Shown here piece after piece: positions 50,301 to 58,597 of a DNA stretch of 64,000 nucleotides (the first letter of the stretch is position 1; each line of letters starts with the position of its first letter). Under the pieces are notes generated by a model. That model was not told the origin of the DNA. It did no database searches and was given only the letters and a program-made list of their open reading frames with translations. Both the position numbers and the translations under genes were made by a program. The DNA comes from Bacteroidetes bacterium 37-13 (GTDB taxonomy: Bacteria > Bacteroidota > Bacteroidia > Chitinophagales > LD1). Location: contig MKTC01000019.1 in the NCBI GenBank assembly GCA_001897535.1, forward strand, positions 26,535 to 90,534, read 5' to 3'.

Positions 50301-50608
50301 TACACACCAATACTACACTCAACACGGTTGATTTTTCATTAAGCGTGAAGAATGTAAATGCCAAGCAACCAACTATCACCGTTTCGCCAAATCCATTCAA
50401 AACTTACACTAATATTTTGGTGAATGGTGCTGAGGAATCTCCAATAGAAATTGAGGTGCGCGATTTAGCCGGCAGAACTGTTGTAAAACAAATTTCAGAA
50501 AGTAACCTGATACAACTGCAAACGCTAAACTTGGCAAGCGGTATGTATGTTTATGAATTAAAACAGAACAATGGTGTAATTGGCACCGGAAAAATGATTG
50601 CTCAATAA
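47342..50608 (+). CDS. Large T9SS-secreted adhesin-like protein (PKD and PKD-like modules, two SdrD-B-like domains, DUF11-like repeat, conserved 'YDPNDK' module, type A CTD), paralogue 1
   Basis: Signal peptide present. PKD motifs 'WNFGNGYTS..NPT..F..AGTYNVCLVI' and 'WVFGDGASSSLPNPTHTYANQGTYQVCVTV'. SdrD-B-like 'ICGYVYIDVNANGVKDSTE...TNADGYYRVNIPAGTY'. CTD 'ITVSPNPFKTYTNILV...IEVRDLAGRTV...LASGMYVYELKQNNGVIGTGKMIAQ'. Confidence 0.8.
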   Translation: MKPKIKLMLSMLLVMFSAIALRAQVACEANFQWSVNPNGVYSFYDSSFTAQGYVISQYQWNFGNGYTSVVQNPTQQFTTAGTYNVCLVITSQLQGSTITCVDTVCKSIVVGCSTYIGGSFNFTVQQQTVAFSSNYSSNYPPLSYTWVFGDGASSSLPNPTHTYANQGTYQVCVTVSDSFGCSKTECKNVIIGTATCNLQAYFTSTQPGPNTLVVTSQTTGGNVASNIHVWKLNGVVLGTTTGNGSSHTFSPLPANTPDGNLQLCLRVETPNAPCQDSFCKTITICRANGEFAYNVLANDTIKFTPPANMANIYSHKWYANGNLFSTDISPKVKFSNSFVGMTICHVVSNAQVPSCKDSFCTVLQAQPCNANAQFQFLTDTNGITKFYPVTNATNWSHTWIINNDTVIQNSISPALYLSPDTYNVCHIIALNGNPNCIDTICQQVIVRNAPPCNLHITIAKSVNPNMQVLLEASAINMTGAFTYNWSNGSSTKVINVTNNYGVYCVTVTEAGSGCTATACFNYQPNAPLDTICGITFNDANGNGVLDSTESPMSIRIYINGNGQQLSVVSDSVTGEWHAYLPAGTYNVCAYVANSGTTGGWVATLPVSQNNNGLSPSACYTVNIAPNQNLCGFNFGFQNTKVTICGYVYIDVNANGVKDSTEHGIQGQAVKVGNYTVYTNADGYYRVNIPAGTYTVNYTPISPYTGYTALPANYTIAATTIGQPYCGNNFGIQVPSGQCDVAVDLAPLSTVTPGFRAIYTIKVFNLNGYTTSGLLTFNFEPGLTFYSAAPAQSSFDNSAATVTWNVSNIAPGTYKLFTVRLNTPQNFQLGTPVFSFAEFTTNGNCTETNLNNNIDTTHQTVVASYDPNDKHVSPEGNIANNGQELAYTIRFQNTGTAPAVNVVILDTLNDNLDWSTFEFKNASHSCNIQQEGNLVSFIFSNIMLPDSLQNEAESHGFVSYKIKAQQNLPNATRITNSAAIYFDFNEAIHTNTTLNTVDFSLSVKNVNAKQPTITVSPNPFKTYTNILVNGAEESPIEIEVRDLAGRTVVKQISESNLIQLQTLNLASGMYVYELKQNNGVIGTGKMIAQ

Positions 50609-50672
50609 TTTATTTGAGTTTATTATTTAAGCCACATTAGAACTTAAAATCTGATGTGGCTTTTTTGTTTAA
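49868..50672 (+). repeat. High-identity paralogous segment, copy A (C-terminal module, CTD, 3' UTR and terminator)
   Basis: It aligns base for base, without indels, with 53385-54189. The lengths from 'NCTETN' to the stop are identical (246 codons). Confidence 0.9.
50631..50666 (+). terminator. Rho-independent terminator of adhesin paralogue 1
   Basis: gccacat ... atgtggc stem followed by T6. Confidence 0.7.
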
Positions 50673-50870
50673 GTATAGATTATGCAAGAGAGATTGTAAA
50701 AACAAGAAAAAATTGTAAGAAATTTCAACTTTGTTTCAAAAAATAAAGTATATATTTACGACAAGAAGAATCTTTATAAAATTGACGATATAGCTAAGTG
50801 TAAGCGTACTTTTTAATCCCTTGCCTATGTAATTCTCTTCTAATATTTTCATCAGTTTAAAACCTACTTT

Positions 50871-53800
50871 ATGAATATTTATTTAAGATTTATCTCCCTA
50901 TTATTTACTACGTTTATTGGCGTATTTGTTACTAAGGCACAAATAGGCTGTCAAGCAAATTTTTATACTACTCTTGGCAATAGCGGTATCTGCCATTTTA
51001 CCGACTCTTCACAAATTGATTCAAGTTATGTAATAACAGACTGGCAATGGGATTTTGGTAATGGTACTGCAAGTTCAACTCAAAACCCCACCATTGTTTA
51101 TTCCACACCGGGCATTTACAATGTTTGTTTAAAAATCACTTCTCAAATTACTGGTACACCTAATGTTTGCATTGATTCAATTTGCAAATCGGTGATTTAC
51201 ACTTGTCCTAATTCTATTTGGGGTTCATTTTCTTTTAATGCAGAGCAGCAAACAGTTTATTTTAATTCAGGCTATGGCAGCAATTCTACTCCACTTACTT
51301 ATGAATGGAATTTTGGAGATAGCTCACAGGTTTCTTATCAAGTTAATCCCAAACATATTTACGCAGCAGATGGCAGCTACCAAGTGTGTGCTACCATCAA
51401 CTCAGCCAATGGCTGTAGCCGTACAGAGTGCAAAACTGTTTTAGTGAGCAGCACAAATTGTAATCTTGCTGCTGCATTTTCGTATTCTCAACCTAAAAAT
51501 AATATTTTACAACTTGTGCCTCAAACTACCGGAGGCGACACATCGGGAAATATTTATGTTTGGAAAATTGGTAACATTCCTATTGGAACTACCCATAATA
51601 ACAGCGATACTGTAATCATTACTGTTCCCGATACTATTCCTGATGGCAATTCCCAGCTATGCTTAAATGTGTTTGTTCCTAATTCAAGCTGCCAAGATTC
51701 TATTTGCCAGCCAATAGCAATATGCAAAGCCAATGGAGAATTTTCATATATAGCAATGGCGAGTGATACTATTCAATTTCATTCTGTCTATCCATATTCC
51801 GGCTACATGCACCAATGGTATGCTAACGGGGTTTTATTTTCCACCGATGTAAATCCTAAATTTAAGTTTCAAAGTAATTATGCAGGTATAAATGTTTGCC
51901 ACATTTTAACTGACTCAACTAACATTGCTTGTACCGATACATTTTGCAATACGCTACAAACGCAAACATGTATGGCAAATGCCGGATTTCAATTCACTTT
52001 AGATACCGCAGGTAATAAAGGCGTACTTCATTTTTATTCTTTAGATACGCTTGCCGACAGAAACCACTTTTGGAACATCGGGAACTATTCCAATACTTCA
52101 GTAAACCCAACTATTACTCTTCCGGCCGGAACATATCAAGTTTGTCATCGAATAGCACAAAAAAGTAATCCGGCTTGCCAAGATACTTTTTGCCAGCAGA
52201 TAACAATATCGCTTCCTCCATGTAATTTAACTGTATCTATTACACAATATACCGATACAAGTAACAGAGAGTGGTTAGAAGCTGTCGCATCGGGCAATAG
52301 TAGTTATTCTTACGTTTGGAGTAATAATGCTATCAATAAGAAGATAAACATTACAGGGCAGTATGGTATTTTTTGCGTAACCGTTACAGATGCTGCAACT
52401 AATTGCACCGCCACAAACTGCTACAATGCAGGAAGTATTCCACTCACCGATACTATTTGCGGAATAACATTTAATGACCTTAACGGAAATGGTGTTAAAG
52501 ATAGCAGTGAGCCATTTATTGCTGCCAGTATAAACATTATCGGCTCCAATAATTTTCAAACAATAGTATTGAGCGATTCAATAACAGGGGCGTGGCAAGC
52601 ATATCTTCCATCTGGTACTTATGAAATTAGCAGCACAGTGCCGCGTGGTATAGATGAATGGATTACAACAATTCCGATAAGTACTAATAACCATGGCGGC
52701 TCTCACAATTCTCAATATATTATTACCCTAAACGGTGGTCAAAACATTTGTGGCTTAACCTTCGGATTGCAACAATATCACTATCTTGTGTGTGGTTATA
52801 TTTATGCAGATTTGAACGGCAGTGGCAAACGAGATGGTAATGAACCGGGCATATCGGGACAAACAGTTACTATGGACAACCAAACTGCTCACACCGATGC
52901 ATTTGGTTATTACGTTTTAAATATTAGAAATATATCAACATTAAACTGCATTCCCAAGACGCCATACACCGGATTTATACCCACGCCTCTCAATTATTCA
53001 CCTTCGGCTAATAATATCTCAGGACGTGTTTTCTTAGGATATGATTTTGGAATTTATTTAGATACCGGAGCATGTGATGTTGCTGTTGATTTATTGCCTT
53101 TACAAGAAGTAGTTCCCGGTTTTGGCACATGGTATGCTGTTAAAGTATCGAACATAGGCAATACTATTGCCAGCGGCTTGCTTACTCTAAGTTTAGACAC
53201 TAACTTAACTTTTGTATATAGCAATCAGCAGGGTGTTTACAATAGCAGCTCCCATACAGTATCATGGAACCTAAACAATATATTACCGGTAGGAAACAAA
53301 GTGGTTGGGAGTATGCTAATGACACCCACTTCATTGCCAATAGGAAGCCCTATTTTTACTCGTGCTGAATTTGTTACCACAAGTAATTGCACAGAAACAA
53401 ACTTGAATAATAATATAGATACAACACATCAAACAGTTGTAGCATCTTACGATCCGAACGATAAGCATGTTTCTCCGGAAGGCAATATTGCGAATAACGG
53501 CCAAGAATTGGCTTATACTATTCGTTTCCAAAATACAGGCACCGCACCCGCTGTGAATGTAGTGGTTTTAGATACTTTAGATAATAATTTAGATTGGAGT
53601 ACTTTTGAATTTAAGAATGCAAGCCATAGCTGCAATATTCAGCAAGAAGGCAATTTAGTGAGTTTTAGATTTAGCAATATTATGTTGCCGGATAGCCTAC
53701 ATAACGAAGCAGAAAGTCATGGTTTTGTGAGCTATAAAATTAAAGCCCAACAAAATTTGCCAAATAATACGCCTATTCACAACCGTGCAGCTATTTACTT

Positions 53801-54125
53801 TGATTACAATGAAGCAATACTCACAAACACTACTGTGAATACGATAGATTTTGCCTTAGCTGTTAAGAACATAAACAGAAAACAGCCAACAATAACTATT
53901 TCGCCAAATCCATTCAAAACTTATACTAATATTTTGGTGAATGGTGCTGAGGCATCTCCAATAGAAATTGAGGTGCGCGACTTAACCGGCAGAACTGTTG
54001 TGAAGCAAATTTCAGAAAGTAATCTGATACAACTGCAAACGCTAAATTTGGCAAGTGGTATGTATGTTTATGAAGTAAAACAGAACAATGGTGTAATAGG
54101 CACCGGAAAAATAATTGCCCAATAA
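50871..54125 (+). CDS. Large T9SS-secreted adhesin-like protein, paralogue 2 (same architecture as 47342-50608)
   Basis: Same order of PKD ('WDFGNGTASSTQNPTIVYSTPGIYNVCLKI', 'WNFGDSSQVSYQVNPKHIYAADGSYQVCATI'), SdrD-B-like and DUF11-like modules. The C-terminal 246 aa are near-identical, including the T9SS CTD. Confidence 0.8.
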   Translation: MNIYLRFISLLFTTFIGVFVTKAQIGCQANFYTTLGNSGICHFTDSSQIDSSYVITDWQWDFGNGTASSTQNPTIVYSTPGIYNVCLKITSQITGTPNVCIDSICKSVIYTCPNSIWGSFSFNAEQQTVYFNSGYGSNSTPLTYEWNFGDSSQVSYQVNPKHIYAADGSYQVCATINSANGCSRTECKTVLVSSTNCNLAAAFSYSQPKNNILQLVPQTTGGDTSGNIYVWKIGNIPIGTTHNNSDTVIITVPDTIPDGNSQLCLNVFVPNSSCQDSICQPIAICKANGEFSYIAMASDTIQFHSVYPYSGYMHQWYANGVLFSTDVNPKFKFQSNYAGINVCHILTDSTNIACTDTFCNTLQTQTCMANAGFQFTLDTAGNKGVLHFYSLDTLADRNHFWNIGNYSNTSVNPTITLPAGTYQVCHRIAQKSNPACQDTFCQQITISLPPCNLTVSITQYTDTSNREWLEAVASGNSSYSYVWSNNAINKKINITGQYGIFCVTVTDAATNCTATNCYNAGSIPLTDTICGITFNDLNGNGVKDSSEPFIAASINIIGSNNFQTIVLSDSITGAWQAYLPSGTYEISSTVPRGIDEWITTIPISTNNHGGSHNSQYIITLNGGQNICGLTFGLQQYHYLVCGYIYADLNGSGKRDGNEPGISGQTVTMDNQTAHTDAFGYYVLNIRNISTLNCIPKTPYTGFIPTPLNYSPSANNISGRVFLGYDFGIYLDTGACDVAVDLLPLQEVVPGFGTWYAVKVSNIGNTIASGLLTLSLDTNLTFVYSNQQGVYNSSSHTVSWNLNNILPVGNKVVGSMLMTPTSLPIGSPIFTRAEFVTTSNCTETNLNNNIDTTHQTVVASYDPNDKHVSPEGNIANNGQELAYTIRFQNTGTAPAVNVVVLDTLDNNLDWSTFEFKNASHSCNIQQEGNLVSFRFSNIMLPDSLHNEAESHGFVSYKIKAQQNLPNNTPIHNRAAIYFDYNEAILTNTTVNTIDFALAVKNINRKQPTITISPNPFKTYTNILVNGAEASPIEIEVRDLTGRTVVKQISESNLIQLQTLNLASGMYVYEVKQNNGVIGTGKIIAQ

Positions 54126-54189
54126 TTTATCTGAGTTTATTATTTAAGCCGCATTAGAACTTAAAATCTAATGTGGCTTTTTTGTTTAA
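53385..54189 (+). repeat. High-identity paralogous segment, copy B
   Basis: See copy A. My manual alignment gives 22 amino-acid differences in 246 positions, and 3 differences in the 67 nt running from the stop codon through the 3' UTR and terminator. Confidence 0.9.
54148..54183 (+). terminator. Rho-independent terminator of adhesin paralogue 2
   Basis: gccgcat ... atgtggc stem (one G-U pair) followed by T6. Confidence 0.7.
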
Positions 54190-54294
54190 AGATGCTTCGT
54201 AGTAATGTTTCATTAACACAAAAACAATAAAAAAACTTAGGTATTCGTTGCAACTATTTATGTTCTGCAATAATCATTTATTTTGCGCGGCTTT

Positions 54295-56073
54295 ATGAAA
54301 AGTAACCTATTCTGCTTTTTGATTTTTTATGCACAATTTCTATTGGCGCAAACTATTCCTGCTCCAAAACTGCAATGTGTAAATAATGATGCGCTTAACT
54401 CAAACGTAGATTTGCAGTGGAGCTTGCCCGGCAACCCGTGTGGAGGCACTTTTAATGGATATAAAATTTATGCTGCAAGCAGTTTTAACGGCACTTACAA
54501 TTTGGTTACAACCATTGTGAACGAAAACCAAACATCTTACGTTGATTTAGGACGACTTTCGCAAGGTGGAACTTGGTTTTATTATATGGAAGCCGATTAC
54601 ACTTGCCCGGGTTCAACAGTTTTACAATCAGATACTATACAAAATGCACCTCCGGCTACACCGGAAATTATAAGTGTAGATGTAACGCCTAATAATCAAG
54701 TAATTGTAAATTGGCAAAGAAGTATTTCCCCTCAAACAAAAGAATATGTATTGTATTACGCATTGCCAAATGGAAATGCACAGCCGTTTGATACAGTTCA
54801 GAATCGTTCTACTATCACAGCCTTAGATGTAATTGCAGACCCAACTACAGCTTCAATTGCTTACACTTTAGCCGCAGCCGATAGTTGCAATAAAATAAGT
54901 TCGTTTAATACAAAACCGCAGCGCACTATATTGCTTACTTATGCCACATCGCAATGCGAAAGAAGCATTAACCTAAAGTGGACGCGCTACGAAAATTGGC
55001 AAATGGGCGTAAAGGAATATCGCATTTTAGTGAGTAAAAACATGCAGCCATTTGAAGTAGTTGGCGTTTCTGATACTTCTGCACAAGTATTTTCATTTTC
55101 TGGCTTTAACGATGGCGACTCTTTGTGTATTAGCATTATTGCTGTGAGCGCTGCCGATACAAATATTATTTCGCATTCAAACTATGCTTGTTTTGTTCCT
55201 TCTATCGTGCAAAGTCCTGATTATCTTTACCCAATAAATGCAACGGTGAATTTAGATAATACCGTTTCTGTTTCGTGGTTGGTTGATGATAAGGCAGAGC
55301 TTTCTTTATATCAGGTTGATATGGGAAATAATGGTTCACAATTTAATTTGTTGAAACAGTACTCTGTGGCTCAACCGCTGCCGCAATTTGAAACATTTAT
55401 TGATTCAGCTTCGGACCCACAAAATTCTGCATTGTACTATCGTATTAAAGCAATAGATAGCTGCAATAATAAATTTCCTTCTACTGATTCGGTTGAAACT
55501 GTTTTTTTAAGTGGTGAACTTTTAGACTATTATGTTGTTGCACTTTATTGGAATGATTTTGCCGCAAAATTCAGCAATATTCTCTACTGGAATTTGTATC
55601 GAAATATGGGAACAGGAGCTTTTCAACTTATTAAAACTTTCCCTGCCGGCACAAACCAAACTGCCGATTCGCTCCAAGCATTTTTATCGGAAAAAGGGCA
55701 ATTCTGTTACCGCCTTGAAGCTGTTTATTCTATTGATATTTCGGGTGTTTATCAAGACACACTAAGCAGTTTTTCTAATGTGTTTTGTATAGACCATCGC
55801 CCAATTATGTATGTGCCAAATGCCTTTGCGCCAAACGGTGTAAACAATATTTTTAAGCCTACAATTATTTTTGGTTCACCACAAAATTATAGCATGACAA
55901 TTTGGAATCGTTGGGGGGCAAAAATATTTGAAAGTAATGCACCTGACATCGGTTGGGACGGCACTCAAAATGGAAAAGACCAGCAAATGGGTGCTTATGC
56001 TTACCTTATTAAATTTACAGCATCCGATGGTGTAAACATCGAAAGAAAAGGTATGGTGTTACTAGTAAAATAA
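54295..56073 (+). CDS. Fn3/Ig-like repeat protein with T9SS type B C-terminal sorting domain (gliding-motility-associated C-terminal domain)
   Basis: Signal peptide 'FLIFYAQFLLAQ' from ATG 54295 (the track TTG at 54283 is less likely). C-terminus 'VPNAFAPNGVNNIFKP...MTIWNRWGAKIFES...GWDGTQNGKDQQMGAYAYLIKF...RKGMVLLVK' is the type B CTD consensus. Confidence 0.8.
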   Translation: MKSNLFCFLIFYAQFLLAQTIPAPKLQCVNNDALNSNVDLQWSLPGNPCGGTFNGYKIYAASSFNGTYNLVTTIVNENQTSYVDLGRLSQGGTWFYYMEADYTCPGSTVLQSDTIQNAPPATPEIISVDVTPNNQVIVNWQRSISPQTKEYVLYYALPNGNAQPFDTVQNRSTITALDVIADPTTASIAYTLAAADSCNKISSFNTKPQRTILLTYATSQCERSINLKWTRYENWQMGVKEYRILVSKNMQPFEVVGVSDTSAQVFSFSGFNDGDSLCISIIAVSAADTNIISHSNYACFVPSIVQSPDYLYPINATVNLDNTVSVSWLVDDKAELSLYQVDMGNNGSQFNLLKQYSVAQPLPQFETFIDSASDPQNSALYYRIKAIDSCNNKFPSTDSVETVFLSGELLDYYVVALYWNDFAAKFSNILYWNLYRNMGTGAFQLIKTFPAGTNQTADSLQAFLSEKGQFCYRLEAVYSIDISGVYQDTLSSFSNVFCIDHRPIMYVPNAFAPNGVNNIFKPTIIFGSPQNYSMTIWNRWGAKIFESNAPDIGWDGTQNGKDQQMGAYAYLIKFTASDGVNIERKGMVLLVK

Positions 56074-56127
56074 GTAATTGAGTTTAAGTTTTTTTCTCTT
56101 TTTAAGCTTTAATACTAATTTTAGGCT

Positions 56128-58062
56128 ATGTTTCTTTTTGGAGAGAATAAAACTGAAGTTACGTCAGAATGTTTTGCCGATTTGGTAAGCGAATTAAATG
56201 CAGTTTTAAAAACAGCAGGAGTAGCTACTATGCTGTTGAATAAAGATTTTGAAGTTCAATTTTTTTCTGAAGGAATACATAATTTATACAATATATCAAT
56301 AAAAGATATTGGAAAAAAAATAAAGGATATTCCCGGATATTTTGCCGGTTGTGATATTACTTTTTATGCAGAAAAAATTATTGAAAACAGCATTGGTTTT
56401 AAAGGTAAAGTAACTACCGGACGAGGAAAACACTATATGAAACGGATGATTCCGTTTTTGTCAAAAAATAAAACTTTAAATGGAATAATTGTAACCTTTA
56501 CCGATATCACAGATTTGGTAAACACCCAAATGGCTTTAGAGCTTAGCGAAAACCGCTTTCGCGATATGGCAGAGGTGGCAGTGGATTACTTTTTTGAACT
56601 TTCGGTTGATGGCACAATAGTTTATGTAAGCCCAAGTATGAAAGAAAGTTTGGGTTACTCTAAAGAAGATGTTTTAGGAAGAAATATTTCGGAATTTATT
56701 CCACAAAATGAACTGTTGTATGTGGTGCAACATTCATTTAAACACACAAAAGGAAAAAATTCTTATCCGGCAATTACACATCATGTAATTAAAAAAGATG
56801 GTTCCTTAATTGTGGTTGAAGCCAGAGGAAAAGCCATAAGAAATGATAAAGACGAAGTGATTGGTTTTAGAGCAATAAACAGAAATATTACAGATAGAAT
56901 CTCTAACGAAAAGGAACAAGAATATCTAAATAAAACATTAGAACGTAAAGTAGCTGAACGCACAAGTGAACTTGCAGAAAAACAACGGCAATTGGTAGCA
57001 GCCCAAAAAATTGGTAGGGTTGGAAGTTGGGTATGGAATCTAGAAAAAGACACAGTGGATTGGAGCGATATGATTTTTGAAATTTTTGATATTGATAAAT
57101 CATCAGCAGTATCGTTTGAAAATTTTAAAGAGCGAATCCATAAAAGCGATATTGATTATGTCTTAAGTACAGAACAGAAAGCTATGAGCAATAAAAATGT
57201 AAATAGTTTTCAAACAGAATATCGTATCAAGCACCGCAATGGAAATGAGTTTTTTATAGATGCAACAGTTCATATTTATAGAAATAAAGAAGGAAGAGCC
57301 ATAAAGTTGATTGGTGCTGCGCAAGATATTACTCCGCTAAAACTACAAGAAGAGGAACGCCAAAAGTTCATCAACGAATTGATGCAAACCAATAAAGAAC
57401 TTCAGCAGTTCAATTACATTGTTTCACACAATTTGCGATCTTCGGTAACTAACTTAATCGGGCTTTCAAATATTTATCAAAAAGGCATTGGCGACAAGCG
57501 AAATGATAAAATTGTAGAGAATATTTTGGAGAGTGCGCAGAATTTAGATGGCGTAATAAAAGACCTTAACCAAATTCTACAAATACGCTCCAATGCGAGC
57601 CACAAGAAAGAAAAAGTAGAGTTAGATGAAGTATTAAACTCGGTTGTAAAATCGCTTGATTTACAGATACAGCAAGCAAATGCTAAAATTGAGATTGAAT
57701 ACAATTCAATTAAAAAAATATTGGCAATTAAAAGCTATTTGAGTAGCATATTTTATAACTTAATTTCAAATGCCATTAAGTATAGAAATACCGAAAATAG
57801 CTGTGAAATTAAAGTAATAGTTGATGAATTTGGAAAGTTTACGCGCATTGTAGTAGGAGATAACGGGCTCGGTTTTGATGCAGAAAATAACAAGGATGCA
57901 ATATTTGCACTTTACAAAAGATTTCATCCTAGAATTGAAGGTAAAGGAATTGGTTTATATTTGGTGAAAGTTCAGGTAGAAACATTGGGCGGAAGTGTGG
58001 AAGTAGAGAGCCGAGTTGGCGAAGGAACTAAGTTTACTGTTTATTTACCTCTAACTGATTAA
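56128..58062 (+). CDS. Cytoplasmic multi-PAS sensor histidine kinase
   Basis: No TM segment. An N-terminal PAS_10-like domain is followed by two PAS/PAC units and a coiled coil. H-box 'VSHNLRSS'. HATPase_c motifs 'NAIKY', 'DNGLGFD' and 'GKGIGLYLV'. Confidence 0.85.
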   Translation: MFLFGENKTEVTSECFADLVSELNAVLKTAGVATMLLNKDFEVQFFSEGIHNLYNISIKDIGKKIKDIPGYFAGCDITFYAEKIIENSIGFKGKVTTGRGKHYMKRMIPFLSKNKTLNGIIVTFTDITDLVNTQMALELSENRFRDMAEVAVDYFFELSVDGTIVYVSPSMKESLGYSKEDVLGRNISEFIPQNELLYVVQHSFKHTKGKNSYPAITHHVIKKDGSLIVVEARGKAIRNDKDEVIGFRAINRNITDRISNEKEQEYLNKTLERKVAERTSELAEKQRQLVAAQKIGRVGSWVWNLEKDTVDWSDMIFEIFDIDKSSAVSFENFKERIHKSDIDYVLSTEQKAMSNKNVNSFQTEYRIKHRNGNEFFIDATVHIYRNKEGRAIKLIGAAQDITPLKLQEEERQKFINELMQTNKELQQFNYIVSHNLRSSVTNLIGLSNIYQKGIGDKRNDKIVENILESAQNLDGVIKDLNQILQIRSNASHKKEKVELDEVLNSVVKSLDLQIQQANAKIEIEYNSIKKILAIKSYLSSIFYNLISNAIKYRNTENSCEIKVIVDEFGKFTRIVVGDNGLGFDAENNKDAIFALYKRFHPRIEGKGIGLYLVKVQVETLGGSVEVESRVGEGTKFTVYLPLTD

Positions 58063-58083
58063 CAATATCCTAAATGATGCACT

Positions 58084-58500
58084 ATGGAACAAATCTACAT
58101 AATAGACGATGATAAAGCCAATAGGTATTTATGCACTATTGTGCTGGAAGATTGTGGTGTTAATATAAATAACGTTCACTCCTTTTGCATGGTGAAAGAC
58201 GCATTAAACACATTAGACCATGCAATGGAAATATCTGCCAGTTTCCCTGATATAATATTCTTAGATATAAACCTTCCCGGTGCAGATGGTTGGAGTTTCT
58301 TAACCAACTTTCGTAAATTTCCTGAAGAAGCTCGGAAGCACACAAAAATATTCATGCTTTCATCTTCAATTTATCCCGATGACATGGAGCGCTCAAAATC
58401 TTTTCCTGAAATTATAGAATTCTTATCAAAACCACTTTCTACCGAAATGGTTGAACATATTTTGGCTCAGCATTTTGCAGATTTAAAACTCAGAAAGTAA
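58084..58500 (+). CDS. Stand-alone response-regulator receiver (REC-only)
   Basis: 'IYIIDDD', phospho-acceptor region 'IIFLDINLPGADGW' and 'LSKPL'. No output domain. Confidence 0.85.
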   Translation: MEQIYIIDDDKANRYLCTIVLEDCGVNINNVHSFCMVKDALNTLDHAMEISASFPDIIFLDINLPGADGWSFLTNFRKFPEEARKHTKIFMLSSSIYPDDMERSKSFPEIIEFLSKPLSTEMVEHILAQHFADLKLRK

Positions 58501-58597
58501 GTTGCGCTGCATTCGTATTCCTTAGAAATAGAAAACTTCACAAATTTATAGTTTAAAGTTGCTCGCTTGTGTTAGTTTTGTAGCTCAATTTTATTGC

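Noticed and set aside
49868-54189. Diversity-generating retroelement (template/variable repeat) explanation for the two near-identical segments
   Set aside because: Differences are scattered transitions and transversions, mostly at synonymous third positions, and are not adenine-specific. No reverse transcriptase gene is present in the window. The conserved part is the anchoring end rather than a ligand-binding tip.
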